Shown one piece after another: positions 1 to 12,380 of a stretch of DNA of 64,000 nt. Below the pieces are notes generated by a model. That model saw only the letters and a program-made list of their open reading frames with translations. It was not told where the DNA came from and searched no databases. The position numbers and the translations under genes are program-made. Origin of the DNA: Macrostomum lignano (taxonomy: Eukaryota); NCBI GenBank assembly GCA_002269645.1, contig NIVC01001819.1, forward strand, positions 1 to 64,000, read 5' to 3'. Numbering within the stretch: position 1 is the first letter of the stretch; each line of letters starts with the position of its first letter.

Positions 1-1014
1 AATAGAAAAATTCATTGCTATTCTCTCTAATAGCTGACTTACATGTGTGTGTTGCCAATAGAAATGGTTAGGTGAATCCCTAGGTTGCGCCTAAGCATGG
101 ATACAGAGAGGACTCTTATCACCCAATAAGAGAGACAGAAGCTAAGACATGCAATGCAACAAGTTAAACAAAATGTAATTAAAAGCAAGATTTCATTCTA
201 AAAGTATTACTTTGGAATCCAGAATTCCTAGAAATATAAACAACATGAAAATTATAATGCAAAAATATGACAATAGACTGACCAAGGTTGAGGTTTAAAT
301 TCACTAACTAACCAAATTTTAATTCTATTTAACTATTCAACAAAGCTTGACTAAAGTGCTTGGCTAAACCCCCAGTTTGATCAAGTACTCAACCTAAAGT
401 TAGATTTAAAAGTAATTATTTAGTATAGTAGATATTAACTGCTTTTTATAATAACTTTAATGCCTGAACTTGTTTTTCTGTTTATAAAAATACAAAAGGC
501 CAAAAAATTTTTGAATATTTGAATATTTAAATTTAATAAGCATTATTTATTTAAAAAATCAAGTATTTCATTAGTATGCCATGTGTATTTATAAGCTTTT
601 TTGCAATAAATATTTTTTAATGTATATTAGCATTTTGAATGTATATTGGCAGGTCAGATGACCTTATTAAAATTTGTATTATTGCATAAGATCAATCTAT
701 TTTGCCCCCAAAAATATGAAATATTAGAGCTAAGATTATTTGTTTATAATTATTTATCAAAACTTGAAAATAATTTAAATTGTGATGCTTATTTTTGTTG
801 TTTATTAGATTAGAAGTCTGATTTTGTTGATTAGATGTCTATATATAAGTATAAAAGTCAAAAATTCAAAAGTTATTTTTCCAAAGTCTGTATCAAGTTC
901 AAGAAATAACATAAATAAACTTCAATTGGGGTTGATTCTTCATTTATTGTCCACAAATAAAACAATGACTGTTGACTTTCTATTTCATAACAAAAGGCTA
1001 CTTTGTTTCCATTC

Positions 1015-1592
1015 ATGCCAGTTATACAAGCCATGTCAGCCATTGCTGGCGTACCAACATTCTCAGCGTCTGCGGCGGCCATTTCAAACTCTTCGTCTAC
1101 CAGCCAATCAGTGACTGGTTCGAGGCCTCCCGTGCCACTGCTGTCCGCTGTGCCCAGTGCGGCCGGGAGCGCCAGTGCAACTAACTCTCCTCTGCGCTCG
1201 CAGCAGCAACCAACCCAGCAACAGCAGCAGCAGCCTCCCGAACTTGTCTGTCTGACCCTGAAGAATGTCCTGCTACCGCCTGAACGATTGGACCCAGCTA
1301 ATAGTCCATCTAGGCTAGATGGCCTGTCCTATTCAGACGAATGGAATTTGCGATACATGGGCTGCGAGCTGATCCAATCTGCTAGTATATTGTTGAAACT
1401 GCCGCACGTGGCCTGCGCCACTGGCCAGGTGCTCTATCAACGATTCTATTATTCTCGTTCGTTAGTCAGGCATCACTATGAGCACACTGCTATGGCTAGT
1501 ATATTTCTAGCCGCTAAAATTGAAGAAGCGCCCAGACGAGCTCGCGACGTTATTAATGTGTTTCATCATATCCGACAGTTTAGGGAGAAACG
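1015..1592 (+). CDS. CCNL: Cyclin L, coding exon 1 (N-terminal low-complexity region plus first cyclin fold)
   Basis: Translation [73 protein letters not shown] matches cyclin L. First ATG is at 1015 (alternative ATG 1033; the ORF track start at 1003 is TTG). Donor AAACG|GTAGGT, phase 2. Confidence 0.93.
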
Positions 1593-1730
1593 GTAGGTTG
1601 AACTTCTTGAGTTATATCATCAGGTCGATTTCAACCAGAACCTTTTAAAATCTTCTAAAGACAGACACCTTGAATTCCTTGATAATGGACACTGGAATTC
1701 CCTACAAGGAAGGTCATAAAAGCAGTCGCT

Positions 1731-2021
1731 ATAGACTTCCCTATTAGCCGACCCTATAGAATTCCCTATTAGCAGACCCGATAGAATTCCCTGTTAGCAG
1801 ACCCGATAGAATTCCCTGTTAGCAGACCCGATAGAATTCCCTGTTAGCAGACCCGATAGAATTCCCTATTAGCAGACCCTCAACAATTCCCTATTAGCAG
1901 ACCCTATAGAATTCCCTATTAGCAGACCCGATAGAATTCCCTATTAGAAGACCCCAAAGAATTCCCTATTAGCAGACCCTCAACAATTACAATTCCCTAT
2001 TAGCAGACCCGATAGAATTCC
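1731..2021. repeat. 25 nt minisatellite (ATAGAATTCCCTATTAGCAGACCCG) in cyclin L intron 1
   Basis: About 11 copies. Confidence 0.92.
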
Positions 2022-2056
2022 TAAAATTCTCACATGATTCTCCTATCGCATTTCAG

Positions 2057-2177
2057 GCCGTTCACTCCGCTACCGTTAGACAACAACTATGTAAATCTAA
2101 AAAATCAAGTCATCAAGGCGGAGCGCCGTTTATTAAAAGAATTGGGCTTCTCTGTACATGTACAGCATCCTCACAAG
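2057..2177 (+). CDS. CCNL: Cyclin L, coding exon 2
   Basis: Acceptor TTTCAG|G at 2056 and donor AAG|GTAAGC at 2178. Encodes (R)[40 protein letters not shown], the conserved cyclin L segment. Phases match the neighbouring exons. Not in the ORF track. Confidence 0.93.
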
Positions 2178-2460
2178 GTAAGCACGTTTCTTCTTTGATT
2201 CGCGGTTAGAACACATGTTAACTAATTTATACCCAGGCAAATCATAATATTAAACGACATTGCGTCAAATCTGTTAGTCTCTAGGGCTGAAATAGAATTA
2301 TTCTCAGAAAACCAGCTTGATACAATACAATTCCTCCTACTGTCTGTAATCATTGCCTTGTTTACCGCATGTCTTTTCTGGCAAAAGGGTTTTTGGTATC
2401 TCCCCCAATCAGTTCTAAATCCCACCTGATCCTATTTATCAAATTGTACTATATGGACTG

Positions 2461-3174
2461 AGCCAGTTACCTAAAACTCCACTAAGCCAGTTTACCTAAA
2501 ACTCCACTAAGCCAGTTACCTAAAACTCCACTAAGCCAGTTTACCTAAAACTCCACTAAGCCAGTCACCTCAAACTCCACTAAGCCAGTTACGTCAAACT
2601 CCACTAAGCCAGTTAACCTAAAACTCCACTTAGCCAGTTACCTAAAACTCCACTTAGCCAGTTACCTAAAACTCCACTAAGCCAGTCACCTAAAACTCCA
2701 CTTAGCCAGTTACCTAAAACTCCACTTAGCCAGTTACCTCAAACTCCACTAAGCCAGTCACCTAAAACTCCACTTAGCCAGTTACCTAAAACTCCACTAA
2801 GCCAGTTAACCTAAAACTCCACTTAGCCAGTTACCTAAAACTCCACTAAGCCAGTTACCTAAAACTCCACTTAGCCAGTTACCTAAAACTCCACTTAGCC
2901 AGTTACCTAAAACTCCACTAAGCCAGTTACCTGAAACTCCACTAAGCCAGTTACCTAAAACTCCACTAAGCCAGTTACCTAAAACTCCACTAAGCCAGTT
3001 ACCTAAAACTCCACTTAGCCAGTTACCTAAAACTCCACTAAGCCAGTTACCTAAAACTCCACTTAGCCAGCTACCTAAAACTCCACTAAGCCAGTTACCT
3101 AAAACTCCACTAAGCCAGTTAACCTAAAACTCCACTTAGCCAGTTACCTGAAACTCCACTAAGCCAGTTAACCT
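2461..3174. repeat. 24 nt minisatellite (AGCCAGTTACCTAAAACTCCACTA) in cyclin L intron 2
   Basis: About 30 copies. Confidence 0.95.
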
Positions 3175-3485
3175 ACGAGCTTCACTAAGAATTTGATTTA
3201 ATTATCAAGTTGCGCAAATCAATTTTCAAGTCTTCAAAGAGCGCCTCGGTCGCGGATAAATCAACCAAGTTATTATATAAAATGGTAAAATGCTATATAA
3301 AATCGGAACAAAAGTGAAGTTCCGTTAAAATATTTTAATAGCCTTAATCCTACACTACACAGCTTTTGATATTAAGTGACTGATTACAATTTCCATGATA
3401 AATGATCGGTGTCTGTATCGCAAAACGCTAACCTGCTTGCCCTCTGTTGCCTTTTTATGGCGACTCGTTTCGTCAAAAATTTCAG

Positions 3486-3550
3486 CTGATCCCAGTTTGG
3501 CTGAACTGGCTACAGCTGGATGACAACCAGCAATTGAGACAATCTGCCTG
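3486..3550 (+). CDS. CCNL: Cyclin L, coding exon 3
   Basis: Acceptor TTTCAG|CTG and donor TG|GTAAGT. Encodes LIPVWLNWLQLDDNQQLRQSA(W), equivalent to mammalian IIVMYLQVLECERNQTLVQTAW. 65 nt, phase 0 to phase 2. Confidence 0.9.
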
Positions 3551-3656
3551 GTAAGTTAGTCTTTGTTTTTTGTTTGCTTTTCTCCTCTGCGAGGTTTAGA
3601 ATTTAATGTTCCATATACCTGAGATTAGTTTAGCCTAAATTCAAAGGTTGCAACCC

Positions 3657-5075
3657 GTAAAGAACCTGAAGTGGCAGCCAGTAAGAACCCTGAAGGACAG
3701 CCTGTAAGAACCCTGAAGGACAACCTGGAAGAACCCTGAAGGACAGGCTGTAAGAACCCTGAAGGACAGCCTGCAAGAACCCTGAAGTGACAGCCAGTAA
3801 GAACCCTGAAGGACAGCCTGCAAGAACCCTGAAGGACAGCCTGCAAGAACCCTGAAGGACAGACTGTAAGAACCCTAAAGAGACCAACAGTAAGAACCCT
3901 GAAGGACAGCCTGTAAGAACCCTGAAGGACAGCCTGTAAGAACCCTGAAGTACAGCCTGTAAGAACCCTGAAGGACAGCCTGTAAGAACCCTGAAGGACA
4001 GCCTGTAAGAACCCTGAAGGACAGCCTGTAAGAACCCTGAAGTGACAGCCAGTAAGAACCCTGAAGTACAGCCTGTCAGAACCCTGAAGTACAGCCTGTA
4101 AGAACCCTGAAGTGACAGCCAATAAGAACCCTGAAGTACAGCCTGTCAGAACCCTGAAGTACAGCCTGTAAGAACCCTAAAGTGACAGCTAGTAAGAACC
4201 CTGAAGTATAGCCTGTAAGAACCCCGAAGTTCAGCCTGTCAGAACCCTGAAGTAGTCTGTAAGAACCCTGAAGTGACAGCCTGTAAGAACCCTGAAGGAC
4301 AGCCTGTAAGAACCCTGAAGTACAGCCTGTAAGAACCCTGAAGGACAGACTGTAAGAACCCTGAAGTGACCAACAGTAAGAACCCTGAAGTGACAGCCAG
4401 TAAGAACCCTGAAGGACAGCCTGTAAGAACCCTGAAGTGACAGCCTGTAAGAACCCCAAAGTGACAACCAATAAGAACCCCAAAGTGACAACCAGTAAGA
4501 ACCCCTAAGTGACAGCCAGTAAGAACCCTGAAGGACAGCCAGTAAGAAGCCCGAAGTGACAACCAGTAAGAACCCTGAAGGACAGCCTGTAAGAACCCTG
4601 AAGGACAGCCTGTAAGAACCCTGAAGGACAGACTGTAAGAACCCTGAAGTGACCAACAGTACGAACCCTGAAGAACAGCCAGTAAGAACCCTGAAGTGAC
4701 GAACAGTAAGAACCCTGAAGTGACAACCAGTAAGAACCTGAAAGACAGCCAGTAAGAACCCTGAAGGACAGCCTGTAAGAACCCTGAGGTGACAACCAGT
4801 AAGAACCCTGAAGTGACAATCAGTAAGAACCCTGAAGTGACAACCAGTAAGAACCCTGAAGTGACAACCAGTAAGAACCCTGAAGTGACAACCAGTAAGA
4901 ACCTGAAAGACAGCCAGTAAGAACCCTGAAGGACAGCCAGTAAGAACCCTGAAGTGACAACCAGTAAGAACCTGAAAGACAGCCTGTAAGAACCCTGAAG
5001 GACAGCCTGTAAGAACCCTGAAGTGACCAACAGTAAGAGCCCTGAAGTCACAATCAGTAAGAGCCCTGAAGCGAC
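3657..5075. repeat. 23 nt minisatellite (GTAAGAACCCTGAAGGACAGCCT) in cyclin L intron 3
   Basis: About 60 copies, with GTACAGCCT and GTGACAACCA variants. Confidence 0.95.
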
Positions 5076-5708
5076 TGCCCCACAGACAGCTAAAATGACA
5101 TTCGAAGAAATTCGAAGAAACAATTTCAGCGTTTTATTACTACGTTCATTATTTTGTTATTTTTGCTACATCTTGAAGGGCTGGCTGTACATCACTTTAG
5201 TAGATACACTGTCGATCTCTAAAATGTAAGAAGCTGGAAGTCTCTAGAAGATCAAATAACATTTTTTATAACTGCAAACGCAAGCCGCTTGAAGAATAAT
5301 CAATATAAATGCAGTTGTCGAGCATAATTCTAACCGTACTCTCCCCCCTTTTGCCTTTCTCTTTCTCCCCCCTCCCACTTCGATACTACTCAATCCTCGG
5401 CTCAGATCTATGCGATCTCTAAGCCAATGAGAGCACTGCTCAGCCTGCAGCAGCGAGTGAGGTCAGCGGCCGCAGCAGCATCTGTCAGTCAGTCAGTCAT
5501 CTGATCGGTCGCTACCAAATGAAGCTCGCTCAGCCGTGGCGTGGCGTTTGCGTTGCGGTCCGATTGGTTGGTTGGTTGGTTAGCCGTATCCTTATATCAT
5601 TTTACTGTTCAATTTTTTTATTAACCAGCCTTCATTTGTGTGCTTGAGTTCTGCTTGATGGCCGTAAGATTAGTTGGTATCCAACCGGGATCTGTGGGTG
5701 CCCAGAAT

Positions 5709-6350
5709 GTTAGCCAGTGGCCTAATTAGGCACACCTGTGGTTAGCCAGCGGCCTAATTAGGTACACCTGTTGTCAGCCAGCGGCCTAATTAGGTACACC
5801 TGAGGTTAGCCGGCGGCCTAATTAAGTACACCTGTGGTTAGCCAGCGGCCAACTACACCTGAGGTGAAACAGCGGTCTAATTAGGTTTACCTGAGGTTAG
5901 CCAGCGGCCTAATCAAGTACACCTGAGGTTAGCCAGCGGCCTAATTAGGTAACACCTGAGGTAAGCCAGCGGACAAATTAAGTACACCTGTGATTAGCCA
6001 GCGGACAAATTAAGTACACCTGTGATTAGCCGGCGGCCTAATTAAGTACACCTGTGGTTAGCCAGCGGCCAAGTACACCTGAGGTGAAACAGCGGTCTAA
6101 TTAGGTTTACCTGAGGTTAGCTAGCGGCCTAATTAAGTACACTTGAGGTTAGCTAGCGGCCTAATTAAGTACACCTCAGGTAAGCCACTAAAGCCAGCGG
6201 CCCAATAAAGTACACCTGAGGTTAGCTAGCGGCCTAATCAAGTACACCTGAGGTAAACCAGCGGTCTAATTAGGTATACCTGATGTAAGCCAGCGGCCTA
6301 ATTAAGTACACCTGGTTAGTCAGCGCCCTAAATAAGTACACCAGAGGTTA
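5709..6350. repeat. ~32 nt minisatellite (GGTTAGCCAGCGGCCTAATTAAGTACACCTGA) in cyclin L intron 3
   Basis: About 20 degenerate copies. Confidence 0.9.
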
Positions 6351-6694
6351 ATTAATTACCCACGGAGGGTAGCGAGCCAGGATAATTCCGAGAGTCTTGT
6401 CGTCAGAGGTTTGTCAAACAGCAGTACTGCCTGTCTGCCTGTCCGAACGGTTTATAGGCCTTTGTATCGTTTGTCAGAAGATTTGATTAAATAACACCGG
6501 GCTTGCAATGCATTCCTGACACAGATCAGAGACAAGTGATACTCGCGGACTGCTGTGCAATGCACCATCCCTACGGTCACCCGAGTTGATGATGGACAAC
6601 GAGACACGTGACTTATTTATTACTTCTACGCCTGTCGTGTTGATTTATATTGTGCATTAAGATTTTCAGCAGATTTATACAATATCTTTATCAG

Positions 6695-7009
6695 GGCAGT
6701 CGCGGCACTTGATTGCGCGGTGATTTTCTTGTTGCAGCAGAAGGCGGTTTAATGGAGATCAACACACACCGTAGTCTAAAGCGTGCTGGACCACCTGGAC
6801 AACTGTTGTTAAGTTTGTCTTTGACATTATTTATATTATGAACTTTACGAGTAAAAGAGAGAATATTTATGGCTTTATATACCATAGAAATAAATAGGTT
6901 TAAGTTTTGCCCGTTTGAAAACGTTACCGTGACCAAAATTGCTAAATAGTCATTGGCGAACAACTTCCTGGTGACTTGTGATTGCGATGGAGTCGCTAGC
7001 GCTGATCAC
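6695..7009 (+). other. Candidate PTC-containing (poison) cassette exon in cyclin L intron 3
   Basis: Acceptor TCTTTATCAG|G at 6694 and donor CAC|GTGAGT at 7010. In frame with exon 3 it reads (W)AVAALDCAVIFLLQQKAV then TAA at 6750-6752. Confidence 0.35.
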
Positions 7010-7679
7010 GTGAGTTGCAAAATCGTCATCTAGAGTCCCTTCCTGTTTTACCTGTGTTACCTGGGGGCGACGCAATTAAGTGACTCTAAGAACGCTTCTT
7101 GGCCTAGGTACCATTTTTATCGGGTCCATACTACTAAGACTAGTTAACAGTATAATAAGGTTACCTAATCTTTAAGCGTATCATGGTTTTTGTTATTTAG
7201 AAATCTAAATTTGTTCATTGAACCACAATTTGCCAATAAATATACAAGTTCAGTGGCTCACAAAATGGCTACTAAAGTGTTTTAGTTTACTAGAAAAACC
7301 AAACAGTCAGAAATTCCAGGTTTAATTGTTTTTTTTTCTTTTACTTTTGTTTTCTAACTTGGCTTATTGATGTAAAACCATTTGTTGAAATTTGAATCAA
7401 TTCTAATATGATGATGACAGCCCTTCAAGTGTAGCAATGCAAAATATTTATTATAATTATCAGTATGTTCATTTCTATTTATTGAATTATAACAGTAGAA
7501 GCCATCTGTCACTACTGTATTTGGCTTACATTGAAGCAGGTTTATAAATATAGACTCTAGTGGTTATCTAATTTGCATATCAATCCATTGCCTTGGTAAG
7601 TTTCCTAATTAATTTCTTGAATTCCTGCTTCTACGGTGCCTTTTAATATTTTATTGGAACTTCTCGTCCGCATTCGCAG

Positions 7680-8372
7680 GAACTACATGAACGACAGTTT
7701 CCGAACGCACGTGTTCTGCCAATACAGTCCCGAGCAAGTCGCCTGCGGCTGCATCCTGTTATCGGCTAGGAAGCTGCGCGTGCCGCTGCCAGACGATTGG
7801 ATGGAGCTGTTGGACTGCTCCTACGAACAGTCTGTGGAGATTTGTCACACGCTGTTGAATCTGTACGCCAGGCCGCCCATTGACTGGTCGGCAGCTGAGG
7901 CCGCTGTAGTCGAGGCTAAGAAAGGCATGGACCGAGCGAAAGCTGCCGCCAAGTCTGCCGGAGCCGCCAGCGGCCAACAGCAGCAGCTTAGCGGCCCAGA
8001 TTCCGCATCCGGCACGCCTGTTGGAGTCAGCTCACCGGCAGTTGCTGCTTCATCATCTACTGCCGGCGCCGACTCCAAGTCGCAGAAACGATCCGAGTTT
8101 TCTCCCCGACAGCAGCACAAATCTTCGTCGAAAAAGTCTTCGTCGATGTTGAAAAATTCTCGACGAAATCGACACCGCGGAGACGACGAAAATGGCGGCG
8201 CTGACTCCGACGACAATGACGCTGGCGCTGCAGCTGCTGGCAGCTCCTATGATGACGAAGCTGACGAGAATAGCCGATCGAGGTCGAGGTCGCGTTCAAG
8301 GTCAAGGTCGCGAACGCGATCTAGGTCGAGGTCGTTCTCCCGCGATCGACGCCGGCGGCATCGACGACGCGA

Positions 8373-8403
<31 letters not shown>

Positions 8404-8523
8404 CAGAGAGACTCTCGCGGCGTGCAGCAGCATCGGGGGAAGCGGCGGCACCGGGACCGACCAAACGGTCACGGCGGGGGCGGCGGCTACGGCGTTCCGG
8501 CGGCTCACAAACGGCGGAGATAA
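7680..8523 (+). CDS. CCNL: Cyclin L, coding exon 4 (second cyclin fold plus RS domain, stop TAA)
   Basis: Acceptor CATTCGCAG|G completes the TGG codon. NYMNDSFRTHVFCQYSPEQVACGCILLSARKL is typical of cyclin L, followed by an SRSRSRSRSRTRSRSRS domain. The joined CDS is 1608 nt = 535 aa + stop. Confidence 0.93.
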
Positions 8524-9782
8524 ACATCCGTCAGGTGGACAGAGTTCTGTTTGAGTTGAGGCTGTAGTTTTCTTCAACTGCGTGTAAACTGGCATTTTGA
8601 GGCTAAAAAAACAAGCGCAAGGTTTCAGTAATCAATTGACAGGCCCGAAGTGTCCTCTGTGTCTCTGTCTCAATATGAAATTCTTATTTCTACAAACACA
8701 TTTTTATCTACTGACAAGGATATGCGCGTGCCCATTGTATCACTAAACTGTGTTTGCATTTTTGTTCGATGTATGTACATCTGCAGATTGTAACCATTAA
8801 TATCGAAAATAGCAATGATAATTATTGTTAATTACTACAGAACCACAGATACTAAATAACTAAATGGGCCACTCAGCACATTTGCGTGCAAGCTACTTTC
8901 AGTTCAGTAGTAAGTTGAATAGAAGCATTTTAATGTATTTTTACAGACGGCTCATTTATTGGCTCTTACCCCTCCAGCTTAAACCCTCCAACCGCCCCGC
9001 CCCGATTTTTATTGCCTTCTCGGAATTCCAGCCTAAAGCTGCCATGTACATTTCAGTGGACTGGCTAATGTACATTATTGTTGAACCAATTAGCAAGTTG
9101 TTTACGCCTGCAAGCTTGGGTCTTCTGAACTTATCAAAGTCATTTCAGCTGCCTTCATTTTTATAAAATAGCTTATGTATTCTTCATTGCTACTGAACTG
9201 AAAGTAGAAAGCTGTTTTGCGAAGTATATTATGCCTGAGTGGCCAATCTAGTTATTCTAGTATCTGTGCTACAGAACAGAAAGAGTTTGCGTTGGAAAAA
9301 ATGCGCAAAAATTGCTTTATCAACAAATAGAATCGTATTGGCCTTGTTTTTATACTCTCGCGGAATTTGTTAATACAATTACTTTCGTTTTTTAACCAAA
9401 AAGTAAAAAAATGATTCCGATTCTGTGTAATCTTCAATTCAACTTTGTTCTATGTAAGCCAGTGTACTCGGCGTGCGTGTGTTGTACGTACTACTCACAG
9501 TAATAACTGCTAATTAATTAACTGAGTGTTGTACTTGTATTCCGAAAATGTAAATTGTCTGCCTGTTATTTTAGGCTTGCATACGTTGATGCAAAAAAGC
9601 TGTGTTCTAATTTATAAAAAAATTATCCGTCATTGCTACTTCTAAGTAGGTATAGTGTGTCTCTGCCTAATAGTATCTTTTAAAAATGTAAACATTTTAA
9701 TTCTGCTGACTGCCTTCCTGTACGATATAAAAACTCTGTGTACTAGATATGAATAATACAACATTTCATCCGTTGGAACCTT

Positions 9783-9788
9783 AATAAA
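9783..9788 (+). promoter_or_regulatory. Candidate polyadenylation signal (AATAAA) for cyclin L
   Basis: AATAAA about 1.26 kb downstream of the cyclin L stop, followed by T/G-rich sequence. Confidence 0.35.
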
Positions 9789-9995
9789 ACATGAGTGTAC
9801 GTCAGTTCAATCTCTGTCTGTCAGCAAGGTTGAACTTGATTCTAAGAAATGATATATTTTCTGTATAAAATAGTTTGTGTATTAGTAGTTCCTTATTTTT
9901 AAAGATTCACAGACTGTAGCAGCATTTCAAGCTTATTATGGTTTACTAATAGCAATAGCTGGAAAACTGGAAAGGCTTCTATAAAATAACGACCA

Positions 9996-10039
9996 TTTTT
10001 CTTAACTTTTTAACTATTTCTGCCTATCGCCCACCGTAG
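9996..10039 (+). promoter_or_regulatory. Splice acceptor (branch-point-like motifs, T-rich tract, AG) 6 nt upstream of the LSm6 ATG
   Basis: TTTTTCTTAACTTTTTAACTATTTC...CCGTAG|CCTACTATG. Either a cis 5'UTR intron acceptor or a trans-splice acceptor. Confidence 0.6.
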
Positions 10040-10045
10040 CCTACT

Positions 10046-10288
10046 ATGAGTAGCACTCGACAGACGCCGAGCGATTTCCTTAAACAAATAATCCACCGTC
10101 CGGTTGTTGTTAAATTAAACTCTGGTGTCGACTATCGCGGCGTCCTTGTCTGTCTGGATGGCTTTATGAATATTGTGCTAGACCAGACCGAGGAGTACAT
10201 CAATGGTCAGCTCAAGGCCAAGTATGGTATCGCTTTTCTTCGCGGCAACAATGTGTTGTACATCAGCGCCCAAAAGCGCAAGGCTTAA
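10046..10288 (+). CDS. LSM6: U6 snRNA-associated Sm-like protein LSm6 (80 aa, no intron in the CDS)
   Basis: QTPSDFLKQII-RPVVVKLNSGVDYRGVL-CLDG-MNI-L-QTEEY-NGQLK-KYG-AF-RGNNVLYIS is the LSm6 pattern, distinct from SmF. AATAAA at 10397-10406. Confidence 0.95.
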   Translation: MSSTRQTPSDFLKQIIHRPVVVKLNSGVDYRGVLVCLDGFMNIVLDQTEEYINGQLKAKYGIAFLRGNNVLYISAQKRKA

Positions 10289-11547
10289 TCGTGTTTAAAT
10301 TAGGGGGGCTGGGTTTGTTATGTAACTCGACACCGTTTGAGAACTTTTTATTTGTTAAATGCATTTAATTAGTGCAAGTATATCTCTATCGTTACTAATA
10401 AATAAAATGAAATCACGTTTTCTATATGTAATAAACGATTTAAATTTCAACAATACAGTCTTCTGTCAGACAGTTTTTTAAGAATTCATTTAGCAATTAT
10501 GCGATAGGAGTATAGTAAACTATATTCGCTGAAATGGGTACACAAGTAGTTCTTAAGTGCAGTTTTTCAATTGTTTTGCTAGAAGATTCCAGAGCAGCTT
10601 GTGTAAACCTTAGTCAGCTAACTATAACTATCTTATATTTGTAGTTCCTGATATTTTAAAACGAAAAGTCAGTTGAATATCTTGATGGTCTCAAATGGTT
10701 TCGTCCTTCGTTATTTATATTGAGAATCGCTAAAACATAGGGCCTAAAAACGACTCTTATCTAACGATACTCATAAATCTATTAAATTTGCTAACCAGAA
10801 CAGCTAGCTAACTAATAAGAGTTTGCTCAGTTCATCATGTGATGCAGCACGCAAGCAAAGGTAAACACGCGATATTTGATCAATAAAAAACAGCCCGTTA
10901 ACGCGCTTGCAGCCTCACGAGGTGTGTTTTTTATTTACGCTGAGAAAATAGCCCAGACTAATTAAAAGAGCTACGAAGCTTTCGGTCAAGAAAGGTTTTT
11001 GAAAAAATAACCACAAAAGAAGACTGGCTTAGACGGAGACTGGGATTCGTTTGGTTTAAGAGATAGAAAAAATAAGAACAGTTGATAGTTATTTTCGCAG
11101 CGGGTATCCAAAAAGGCTGCTATTGTCTTTACTCTGCAACATTGCTAAGCAATTTAGCACTGGAACAGTTGAATATCTCTTGGCGAGAGCCTGCGTACAA
11201 GCGAACCGCGTTCTGTCTGCCTATGTGAACGAATCTTGGAACAGCTTAAATACTCTTAAAAAACGAGGCATGGAATGCTAGGCTGACGTTTCTTGCGCTT
11301 CATTTTTCTTATCTTTAAAGAAACAATTCATGCTTCGTGGGCTTGTTAAGTTCATGAACTTGCTTTTTTAAGTAAATCGATTAGTTGTCCGTCTACTCTA
11401 GAGACCGTCCTCTATGAATTGGGTTCACTTTAGGCCAACGGCATGCAAATTCTTCATTGAAGCGTTAAAATCTAACGTAAAGTACTTTAGTAGAACGTAT
11501 GACTGAGGTGCACTCCAAAAGGCTAACGGAAGCTCGACATCAATGAT

Positions 11548-11760
11548 ATCAGATTAGCCCCATAGTCAATCAGATCGGTGCCACAATCAGTCAGATTGGC
11601 GCCACAGTCAATCAGATTAGCGCCACAGTTGATCAAATCGGCGCCACAAGCGATCAGATTAGCACCATAGTCAATCAGATTGGCGCCACAGGCCCACAAT
11701 TGATCAGATTGGCGCCACAGTCAATCAGATGGGCGCAAAAATCAATCAGATGATCAGATC
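11548..11760. repeat. Degenerate 21 nt repeat (GTCAATCAGATTGGCGCCACA)
   Basis: About 10 copies. Confidence 0.8.
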
Positions 11761-12380
11761 TTTATGCACGCCACACAGGAAACACTAGCTCACAATCTGC
11801 AATTAAGTTATACAATAATTCTTGACACCTACATGCCGGTGTATGTGTCATAAAATCAATCAGTTTATCTACGAGCGCGTACATGCGTTTATTATAGAAA
11901 GTCAATCAGATTTTGTGTATGCAAATATAAAGGATTTATTTATTCACTCAACTGCTCTGCAATAAACAAACTTAAGTAAACAGGACGCAACGATGAAACT
12001 CAAAGAAAACAATTTTCTAACCAAACCTACAAAAGCAAAGTAGCAGAGGAGTAAAAAAACTTCGCAGAGAGATACTTCAGTAAAAAATAAAAATGGTTGG
12101 CATCTCATCTATATTCACTTACTCGTGCATATATAGTCTTCTCAGCCAATAAACAAGCTTTGAATGCTTAATTTTTATACTTCTCTATACTCGTACGCGC
12201 ACTCTATAGAGTCTGCGCCTCACCAACAGCTGTGCGTGAATTTTGCGCCAAATAAACAACAGCTGTCTGGTAGCAGATATGAGAGACCAGCGGGCTGTAT
12301 ATATAAAGAAGCATAATTCCAACGAAATTGGCGATAAAAACACCGCGTCAAGCTATAGGCAATCTAATTATAATATTATA

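Noticed and set aside
1003-1014. ORF-track starts at 1003, 12243 and 61744
   Set aside because: These are non-ATG (TTG/GTG-type) starts in a eukaryote; 61744 lies in an intron upstream of the acceptor at 61798.
2445-2465. TACTATATGGACTGAGC, resembling the Helitron junction, at the start of the 24-nt array
   Set aside because: No CTAG, no hairpin and no matching other end.
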